Below, piece by piece: positions 33,538 to 40,040 of a stretch of 40,040 nucleotides of DNA (positions are counted from its first letter, which is position 1; every line of letters starts with the position of its first letter). The position numbers were made by a program, and so were the translations under genes. Source of the stretch: Humisphaera sp. (GTDB lineage Bacteria; Planctomycetota; Phycisphaerae; Tepidisphaerales; Tepidisphaeraceae); the NCBI GenBank assembly GCA_025351525.1, contig JANXVV010000109.1:1-40040 (forward strand), written 5' to 3'. The notes beneath the pieces were generated by a model that was not told the DNA's origin, did no database searches, and saw only the letters and a list, made by a program, of their open reading frames with translations.

Positions 33538-34185
33538 TCACCTGACCAAAACCACCCTTTTCCCCGAGGTCAAAAACAGCCGCCGCCCTTCCTGCCGATC
33601 CATCGGATGCCCCCCGGTAAACGAACCAAACGCGGGCAGAATCGCACAGCGCGATTCATCGAACACAAAGCACGGCACGCGCACCGTCGAGCGATCGTGA
33701 TCGTTTAGAATCACCACCGGATGAACATGCCCCGCCAACACCGGAAGCGGTTGATCGTATCGGGGACCATGCGAGAGAATCAGCCCGGAATCCGCGAACG
33801 GCTCTTCCGTTTCAGGAATGTTCCAATCGACCGGAAGGCGACCGGCGGAACGATCGTGGTTGCCGCGGATCAGCAGCATGGACACCGTCGCATGCGATTG
33901 CCGCCAGCGCGACACCACCTCGGATAGTTCCGGTTGATGCGAATTTTTCGCGTGGATAAAATCGCCCAGCACGATGAGTCGGCGGGCGGAAGTGACGGCG
34001 ATCAGTTCGTCCAACCGCCGCAGGTCTTTTTCACTGCCGCCGGAAGGAACGGGAAAACCCGCCTTGCGGAATGCGGCGTCTTTTCCAAGATGCACATCGG
34101 CGACGATGACCGACTGCTCACGCGGCCACCAGATCGCGCGATCGGCCAACAGGTGCAGCGGTTCACCGCCGAATTCCACCGCCAT
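33538..34185 (-). CDS. pdeM: Ligase-associated DNA damage response endonuclease PdeM (metallophosphoesterase)
   Basis: MAVEFGGEPLHLLADRAIWWP, VADVHLGKDAAFRKAGFPVP, LIVLGDFIH, RGNHD and GHVHP. The start is set at the ATG at 34185. Confidence 0.8.
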   Translation of the reverse strand: MAVEFGGEPLHLLADRAIWWPREQSVIVADVHLGKDAAFRKAGFPVPSGGSEKDLRRLDELIAVTSARRLIVLGDFIHAKNSHQPELSEVVSRWRQSHATVSMLLIRGNHDRSAGRLPVDWNIPETEEPFADSGLILSHGPRYDQPLPVLAGHVHPVVILNDHDRSTVRVPCFVFDESRCAILPAFGSFTGGHPMDRQEGRRLFLTSGKRVVLVR

Positions 34186-34189
34186 CGAT

Positions 34190-34660
34190 CCGGAATACAC
34201 CGACGCGCAGATCCGATTGGCGGGGATTCGACTTCGGCTGGGGGAAGAGTTGTACCACAAAGCATATCCCGGCCAGAACGTCTTGCCGCGAGGGGATCAT
34301 GGAAGGTCACGCGGCATTCCTGGCGAAGATAGTTACCCTTCTCAATGGCGCGGGGATCCAACATATGCTCTGCGGTTCCGTCGCGAGCATGGCTTACTCA
34401 GGGCCGCGAAACACCAACGATGTTGACATAGTCATTCGCGCCACGTTGCAACAGTTGAACGCATTCCTTTCGACAATTGATGACGACCTGTACTACATCA
34501 GCCCCGAGGCGGCCCATGAGGCGTTCAAAGCACAATCGATGTTCAACCTGATTGATTTCAACTCCGGATGGAAAGTCGATTTGATCTTCCTGAAATCACG
34601 CGAGTTCGAGGTGGAGGAATTCGAGCGGCGGGTTCCGGGCAATGTGTGGGGCGTCGAATC
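34190..34660 (+). pseudogene. Decayed paralog of the 32203-33055 small-protein/nucleotidyltransferase module, truncated at both ends
   Basis: Only the last ~31 codons of the small gene remain, and its stop codon is lost. The NTase copy (MLCGSVASMAYSGPRNTNDVDIVI, MFNLIDFNSGWKVDLIFL) loses similarity after about 120 codons and then reads through into the antisense of the next gene. Confidence 0.65.
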
Positions 34661-34669
34661 CCCCCCGTT

Positions 34670-35740
34670 TCATGGCCGAGCCTCAAGAACCAGATTAAAA
34701 GGAGTCTGCGTTGCACGGCGGAACCGCGTGAATCCGCCGTCCAGCGCGACCTTTCTGATGGTCGATTCACCGGCTTGCGCACCGAGCGCCGGCCCGTGAT
34801 GAGCGATCGATGCGGGGACGCAGATCATGGTTGAGGCGGCATAATAAACCCGACCGACCGGGTTGAAATTGTCTTCAGGGGCATCGCCGGCGAATGGCTC
34901 AACGATCATCCAGGTGCCGTCGGAGGCCAACGTCTTTAACACGTGGCGCGCGGCACCCGTGGGGTCTCCCATGTCATGCAAACAGTCGAAGTGAGTGACG
35001 AAGTCGAACGGTTTACCACCGGCGTCAGGGTAATCGGTGCTTTTTGCAGTCTCGAACGTGACGCGATCCGCCACGCCGGCGGCGTGAGCGCGGCTTCGGG
35101 CAAGATCGATCGAGTCCGCGTGGAAATCAAAACCCCAGAAGCGAGAATGAGGATAGGCCTCGGCCATCAGGATCGTCGAGGTGCCCAATCCGCAACCCAC
35201 ATCCGCCACACTGGCACCGGCTACGAGTTTGGGCACGACGCCATCCAGCGAGGGAATCCAATGGGCCACGAGGTTACCCGCATAATTGGGGCGGAAGAAT
35301 CGCTCGGTGCCGACAAACAGATCGTGGTGGTGGTCGCACCAATCCAAACCGCCACCCGTGCGAAAATTTTCCTGCATCCGAGGCTCGGCTTTCATCACGG
35401 CGGCGATGATCTGAAATGCGCCGCCGATGAAGCAGGGACTCGTTTCGTCGGCCAATGCGCAGGCCTGCTCCGGTGAGAGAGAATATTTCTTTGCAACAAC
35501 ATCGTAATCGACGTAGCCCCCGGCGGCCTGGTTATTCAGCCACTCGCGAATGTAGCGCTCGTGCGTATGGGTATGGGTCGCCAACTCGGTGGGAGTCAGC
35601 GGACCATGGGCCGCGAGCGCTTTGTAAAGCCCGAGTCGGTCCCCGATCAGCACCAGCGCCGCACTCATCCCCGCGCCGATATCGCCGACGGCCTTTCCCA
35701 TGAAATCCTGAAGCTTGTTCGGATCGACGCGGGTGTTCAT
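34670..35740 (-). CDS. SAM-dependent methyltransferase with N-terminal winged-helix/dimerisation domain
   Basis: VADVGCGLGTSTILMA (motif I), FWGFDFH, FDCLHDMGDP and DGTWMIVEP. The N-terminus has LGLYKALAAHGPLTPTELA. Confidence 0.8.
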   Translation of the reverse strand: MNTRVDPNKLQDFMGKAVGDIGAGMSAALVLIGDRLGLYKALAAHGPLTPTELATHTHTHERYIREWLNNQAAGGYVDYDVVAKKYSLSPEQACALADETSPCFIGGAFQIIAAVMKAEPRMQENFRTGGGLDWCDHHHDLFVGTERFFRPNYAGNLVAHWIPSLDGVVPKLVAGASVADVGCGLGTSTILMAEAYPHSRFWGFDFHADSIDLARSRAHAAGVADRVTFETAKSTDYPDAGGKPFDFVTHFDCLHDMGDPTGAARHVLKTLASDGTWMIVEPFAGDAPEDNFNPVGRVYYAASTMICVPASIAHHGPALGAQAGESTIRKVALDGGFTRFRRATQTPFNLVLEARP

Positions 35741-35932
35741 GGCGATCTCCTGGAATGTGCCAACCTTGGGAATTATCCCACAAGCATTGTTTCACGCAAG
35801 ATTCTTTCTCTGACGAAAACCACTCCCGCACGCGATGCAAACCGGAACCGCTCATCGCCTATCCTCAATTTTCTTCGTAGGCCCTTTTGACACTTCGCGC
35901 CGCTGTCATCCCGGATAGCCGGCGAATCAAGT

Positions 35933-35996
35933 CGTAGCATGGGCTACCAGCCCATGTTTTCAATTCAAAAAACATGGGCTAGTAGCCCATGCTACG
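35933..35996. repeat. Nested double-hairpin REP element, full copy
   Basis: CGTAGCATGGGCTACCAGCCCATG - TTTTCAATTCAAAAAA - CATGGGCTAGTAGCCCATGCTACG. It overlaps the last 6 codons and the TAG stop of the ligase gene. Confidence 0.9.
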
Positions 35997-37580
35997 TAAA
36001 AGCTCCTGCATCGTTTCCAACCGATCCGCCTCCGCCGGTTTCTTATCTTTCCTGATCCGCAAAATCTGCGGGAACCGCAGCGCGATCCCCGATTTGTGCC
36101 GCGGCGACAACTGGATCGCCTCGAACCCGATCTCAAATACCATCAGCGGTTCGATCGTATGCACCGGCCCGTGCCGCCCCGTTGTGTGACGGCGGGCGAA
36201 GCGGTCGATCTCGACGATCTCCACATCGGTCAATCCGGAATACGCCTTGGTAATCGGAACCAGCGAGCCGTTATCCCACACGCCAAACGTGTAATCCGTC
36301 AGCAGCCCCGCACGCCGGCCACGGCCAGGTTCGGCGGCGATCATCACCGCATCCATCGTGTACGGCTCCACCTTCAGCTTCCACCACAATCCCGTTGGCC
36401 GGCCCGGTTGATAGGGGGATGCCAGTCGTTTCAGCATGATGCCCTCAACGCCGCGCGATCTGGCTTCCTCCATGATGTGCAGCACTTCATCCCACGTTTC
36501 GTAATGCAGCGGGGTGGATTTGCGAAGGGTGGAAGTTGTCGGGAAACTGGTTTCAAGCATGGCCCGCCGTTCGACAAGCGACCGATCGCGGACATCTGCG
36601 CCATCTATTTCAAGCGCATCAAATGCAATGAACGTCACCGGCACCTCCGGCCAGAAGGTCATCTCGACGGTCTGCCGATTCAATCGCCGTTGCAGGCGGA
36701 TGAAAGGTTCCGGTTTGGAAGTCTCATCGTTCCACGCGACGATTTCCCCATCCAGCACCGTGCCTTCCGGAAGCGCCGATGCCGCCTGAATGATTTCCGG
36801 AAATGCGCCGGACACCACTTCATCGCCGCGCGACCAGAGGGTGATCTGACCGGCCCGCCGAATCAGCTGCGCGCGGATGCCGTCCCATTTCCATTCGATC
36901 AACCAATCCGCGATGGCCCCAAGCGAAGAGGTGCCATCGTGCAGCGCGTGCGCCAGCATGAACGGGTACGGCGTCCCCGAATCGGCGACGGCGGCGGGAT
37001 CGTGCCGTGCGAGAAGCCGATCCATCGTCGTCTCATCCGGCATCCACTGGCCCGCCAACCGATGCGCCATCACCGCGGAACTCACATCCGCCACTTCCGC
37101 CAGCGCCCGGATCAGCAACTGCTTGGAAACGCCGACGCGGAAATTCCCGCTCAACAATTTGTGGAAGACCAACCGCTCATCGGTGTTCAGTTGCGACCAG
37201 GTGCCCAAGATCACTTCTCGCTGGCTGTCCTGCGTGATGCTCCCCAATGGCCGCACCCGCTCTTCAACGATTTCGTGGAGCGACGGCGCATTCGTGTCGG
37301 CCACCGTTGGAACCAGCAGTGAAATGGTTTCCGAAAGATCACCCACCACGCGATAGCATTGATCCACCAGCCAATCCGGATAGCCCGAGGCTTCGGCGGC
37401 CCATTGCCGTAGAAGTCGCGACGACACCGCCTTGCCGATCTTGCGGCCGGAGACGATGAAAATCGCCCACGCCGCATCCAACGGCGGGGCTTCCCGAAAA
37501 TATCGACCGAGCGCGGCGATCTTTTCGCTCGTTCGCGTCGTCTCGTCCAGCTCGAAATAGAGCGCGGTGAATCGCTTCAC
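35979..37580 (-). CDS. ATP-dependent DNA ligase, ligase-associated damage-response (PP_1105/cisplatin-response) type
   Basis: The adenylation motif I EWKWDGIR is present, along with FMLAHAL, EGIMLKR and LWWKLK. The protein is 533 aa. The GTG start overlaps the upstream stop as GTGA. Confidence 0.85.
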   Translation of the reverse strand: MKRFTALYFELDETTRTSEKIAALGRYFREAPPLDAAWAIFIVSGRKIGKAVSSRLLRQWAAEASGYPDWLVDQCYRVVGDLSETISLLVPTVADTNAPSLHEIVEERVRPLGSITQDSQREVILGTWSQLNTDERLVFHKLLSGNFRVGVSKQLLIRALAEVADVSSAVMAHRLAGQWMPDETTMDRLLARHDPAAVADSGTPYPFMLAHALHDGTSSLGAIADWLIEWKWDGIRAQLIRRAGQITLWSRGDEVVSGAFPEIIQAASALPEGTVLDGEIVAWNDETSKPEPFIRLQRRLNRQTVEMTFWPEVPVTFIAFDALEIDGADVRDRSLVERRAMLETSFPTTSTLRKSTPLHYETWDEVLHIMEEARSRGVEGIMLKRLASPYQPGRPTGLWWKLKVEPYTMDAVMIAAEPGRGRRAGLLTDYTFGVWDNGSLVPITKAYSGLTDVEIVEIDRFARRHTTGRHGPVHTIEPLMVFEIGFEAIQLSPRHKSGIALRFPQILRIRKDKKPAEADRLETMQELLRSMGY

Positions 37581-38680
37581 GCTTCCCCCTCCACCACCGG
37601 CGTCTCCACCGTTTCTTCCGATTCTTCTTCATCACCCCCGAAGCGCGTTTGCAGGGCGGAGGATTGTTTGCCGCGCTCGCGCATGAGTTTGACGAGGGCA
37701 TCGGTGTAGCCGTGCGTGGCGATGATGTGGTCGGCTTCGGTCTGCTCGATCGTTTCGAGCAGCGCGGGGAAATCGACGTGATCCGAAAGCACGAACCCGC
37801 GATCCGCCCCGCGCCGGCGGCGGAACCCGCGCACCTGCATCCAGCCAGAAGCCACGCCGCTGGAGAAGGGTGCGAACTTCCGGGCCCACGTCGAATTCAT
37901 CGCCGAAGGCGGCGCGATCACCATCGCCTTGCCGCGATGCAGCTTGGCGTTTTCAACGCTCGCATATCCCGCCGGCGGTAGCTCGATTCCCGATCCGCGA
38001 TACGCCTCGGTGATGGCATGCACCGCCCCATGCAAAAGAATCGGCCCGAGATTCGCATCCAGCCCGGCCAACACGCGCTGGGCCTTGCCCAGCGAATACG
38101 CCAGCAAAATACTCGTGCGTCCGACCGCCTGATTCCCGGCCCACCACGCGTTGATGTCGGCTGCCACCACGCTTGAATCGATCCACCTGAAAATCGGCAG
38201 CCCGAACGTGCATTCGGTGATGAGGGTATGGCAGCGCACCGGTTCAAACGCACGGCAGGTCGGATCGGCCTGCCGTTTGTAGTCCCCGCTGATCACCCAG
38301 ATTTCACCGGCGGATTCGATGCGGATCTGCGACGATCCCAGCACATGCCCGGCCGGGTGCAGCGACACCCGCACGCCGTTCAGTTCGATGATTTGACCAT
38401 AGGGAATCGGATCAATCACCGCATCGCGCCCCATGCGATGGCGGAGAATATTGACGCCGTCCGAGGCGGTGAGATATCGATCGGAACCCCGCCGGGCGTG
38501 ATCGGAGTGGGCATGCGTGACGATGTTCCGGGGAACGCTTTTCCAGGCGTCGATGTAAAAGTCCCCGGCAGGGCAGAAGAGTCCACGGTCGGTCTCGATG
38601 ATGAGAGATTGATTCGGCATCGTCGGAAAAATATTAGGCATGGCGAACTTAGGATGCGAAAAATATTTCAACGTGTTCAT
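37577..38680 (-). CDS. Ligase-associated DNA damage response exonuclease (metallo-beta-lactamase / beta-CASP fold)
   Basis: GLFCPAGDFYIDAW, THAHSDHA (HxHxDH), VSLHPAGHVLGS and the C-terminal IIATHGY. The start is uncertain: ATGs at 38680, 38641 and 38620 are all in frame. Confidence 0.8.
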   Translation of the reverse strand: MNTLKYFSHPKFAMPNIFPTMPNQSLIIETDRGLFCPAGDFYIDAWKSVPRNIVTHAHSDHARRGSDRYLTASDGVNILRHRMGRDAVIDPIPYGQIIELNGVRVSLHPAGHVLGSSQIRIESAGEIWVISGDYKRQADPTCRAFEPVRCHTLITECTFGLPIFRWIDSSVVAADINAWWAGNQAVGRTSILLAYSLGKAQRVLAGLDANLGPILLHGAVHAITEAYRGSGIELPPAGYASVENAKLHRGKAMVIAPPSAMNSTWARKFAPFSSGVASGWMQVRGFRRRRGADRGFVLSDHVDFPALLETIEQTEADHIIATHGYTDALVKLMRERGKQSSALQTRFGGDEEESEETVETPVVEGEA

Positions 38681-38764
38681 CGTCCCAAGTGATGAGCATT
38701 TTTCAGAATCGCACTAAAAAAAGCCCCTCCCCTTAAACTCGATCTTCTCTATATAAGGAATTGA

Positions 38765-39955
38765 ATGGCAATCGACGCAATTATTTTCGATGTGGATGGC
38801 ACGTTGATCGACAGCAATGCCGCACATGTGGAAGCCTGGTCAACCGCGCTCGGCACTCACGGCTATCGTGTTTCACCGGATCGAATCGCGGTGGAGATCG
38901 GCAAAGGCGGGGACAAACTGGTGCCGTCGATCCTGGGGGACGCGATTGAGAAAAAAGACGGGGATGCCTTGCGGAAGGAGCATTCCAAGGCATTTGCACG
39001 TCTCGCAAACGCCGCCGCGTTGAAAGTATTTCCCGGGGTCGAGGCTCTGCTCACCGACCTGCGTTGCCGGGGTTTGAAAACGGCACTGGCGACTTCCAGT
39101 ACGAAGAGCCATCTCGAAACCACGCTGCACAGCGCAGGCATCGACTTAACGAAACTCGTCGATGAGGTCATCACTGCGGACGATGTCTCAGAGAGCAAAC
39201 CCGCCCCCGGGCTACTGTTGACGACTCTCAAGAAATTGAAACTGTCACCAGCCCAGGCGGTGATGGTCGGCGACACGCCATATGACATAGACGCCAGCCG
39301 GGATGGTGGATTGGTTTGTCTGGGGCTGCTTTGCGGCGGATTGAACGACGCGGAAAAATTGCGTTCCGCCGGTGCCCGAGTCGTCTATCGCGACCCGGCG
39401 GATTTGCTGGCCCATCTCGATAAAGCGATGAAAATCGCCTCGCCCGGTTCGGCCCATCTGGATCAATCACTGATCGAATCGCTCATGCGCGTGGCCTTGG
39501 TCGTTGCGCTCGATGGCATGGAACACGGTGAAGCGCCGATCGGCGCAGTGCTGGCGCGCGGCGACGGCACGATCCTCGCCCGGGGGTACAACGAATTGAA
39601 CGGCTCGAAAAATAAAACCGCTCATGCCGAGATCGTCGCCTTCTCCCGTGCGGCCGGGCAGTCGCCACCGGAGTCGCGGGATCTCATCCTGGTCTCGACG
39701 CTCGAGCCCTGCGTGATGTGTCTGGGAGCGGCAATGGAGGCGGCGGTCGATACGATCCTCTACGGCCTCGGCGCCCCGGCCGATGGTGGCACTCGGCGGG
39801 TTCGACCGCCTTCCAGCCCCGAAAGTCAGATGCCCCGCCTCGTGGGGAACGTGTTGGCGGAGGAGAGTCGGGCAATGTTCAAAGAATTCTTACGGCAAGG
39901 CAATGCCAGCCCGCCGCAGGTGGAGTTTGCAAAGCAGTTGTTGAAGCTCACGTAG
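38765..39955 (+). CDS. Fusion protein: HAD-superfamily phosphatase (N-terminal) plus CDA-fold nucleoside/nucleotide deaminase, TadA/guanine-deaminase-like (C-terminal)
   Basis: The HAD motifs are IFDVDGTLIDS (motif I), ATSS (II) and GDTPYDIDA (IV). The deaminase zinc motifs are HAEIVAF and EPCVMCLGA. AAGGAA lies upstream of the ATG. Confidence 0.8.
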   Translation: MAIDAIIFDVDGTLIDSNAAHVEAWSTALGTHGYRVSPDRIAVEIGKGGDKLVPSILGDAIEKKDGDALRKEHSKAFARLANAAALKVFPGVEALLTDLRCRGLKTALATSSTKSHLETTLHSAGIDLTKLVDEVITADDVSESKPAPGLLLTTLKKLKLSPAQAVMVGDTPYDIDASRDGGLVCLGLLCGGLNDAEKLRSAGARVVYRDPADLLAHLDKAMKIASPGSAHLDQSLIESLMRVALVVALDGMEHGEAPIGAVLARGDGTILARGYNELNGSKNKTAHAEIVAFSRAAGQSPPESRDLILVSTLEPCVMCLGAAMEAAVDTILYGLGAPADGGTRRVRPPSSPESQMPRLVGNVLAEESRAMFKEFLRQGNASPPQVEFAKQLLKLT

Positions 39956-39986
39956 AGATTCCAAAGAAATAGTTTCCAATCTTTTC

Positions 39987-40015
39987 TAGCGGCTGTGCCG
40001 AAGGCACGCGTTTTT
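39987..40015. repeat. Copy of the TAGCGGCTGTGCCGAAGGCACGCGTTTTT short hairpin repeat
   Basis: It is identical to the motif at 2930-2958 and lies 32 nt after the stop of the HAD-deaminase gene. Confidence 0.7.
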
Positions 40016-40040
40016 CGACTTTAAATACAAAAGACGCGTG

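Noticed and set aside
33721-34426. + strand ORFs 33721..33927, 33934..34332 and 33974..34426
   Set aside because: They are mostly antisense to pdeM. Only the 34193-34285 part of 33974..34426 is meaningful, as the remnant of the small-protein gene.
34943-35476. 177-aa + strand ORF
   Set aside because: It is antisense to the wHTH-methyltransferase gene.
36096-37322. 408-aa + strand ORF
   Set aside because: It is antisense to the ATP-dependent ligase and is Arg/His/Pro-rich.
1-40040. Search by eye for rRNA, tRNA, tmRNA, RNase P RNA and prophage or integron hallmarks
   Set aside because: I recognised no T-arm (GGTTCGAATCC-like) or anticodon-stem pattern, no rRNA-like conserved block, and no integrase or att-like structure. 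A tRNAscan/Infernal run would be needed for a definitive negative.

Overview
GC-rich bacterial chromosomal window. My guess is a Planctomycetota-type genome, inferred from the nested palindromic intergenic repeats, a Cys-type sulfatase, a Uma2 nuclease and an N-terminal LESLESRCLLSA-type motif on a secreted protease. This is not proven. All protein calls come from motifs I recognise by eye in the translations; no searches were run. The high GC content produces many long antisense shadow ORFs, so a large part of the supplied ORF track is spurious (see rejected list).

Contents from left to right:
- (1) A secreted glycan-degradation set: a GH78 alpha-L-rhamnosidase (open to the window edge and absent from the ORF track), a CBM9-like/esterase fusion, an arylsulfatase and a YHYH protein.
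- (2) A PilZ protein, an unlisted 40-aa basic ORF, and a decaying gene made of tandem pYEATS-like modules with a frameshift at an A4C6 run.
- (3) An unusual 390-bp repeat structure: two 149-bp units with direct flanks but mutually inverted cores.
- (4) Uma2 nuclease, gnd, a methyltransferase, and a protein with a C-terminal LexA-type wHTH.
- (5) A 440-bp internally deleted IS3-family mini-element with perfect 31-bp terminal inverted repeats.
- (6) An orphan ModBC-like ABC transporter and an RMD1/DUF155 protein.
- (7) A 7-gene minus-strand envelope glycan-modification operon: ArnC/GtrB-like GT2, WecD-like, WecE-like, methyltransferase, ArnT/PMT-like GT-C, methyltransferase, and a large membrane protein.
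- (8) An S53 sedolisin-like peptidase, then dxs.
- (9) A small-protein/minimal-nucleotidyltransferase pair with a decayed paralog nearby.
- (10) A ligase-associated DNA-damage-response cassette (exonuclease, ATP ligase, PdeM). The Lhr helicase slot is occupied by an unrelated methyltransferase and the decayed module.
- (11) A HAD-hydrolase/CDA-deaminase fusion.

At least four families of structured intergenic repeats are present. No rRNA, tRNA or CRISPR array was recognised.

The best candidates for something undescribed are the direct-flank/inverted-core repeat at 11406-11793 next to the pYEATS-like array, the WecE/WecD + ArnC-like + GT-C + two-methyltransferase operon, and the rearranged ligase cassette.
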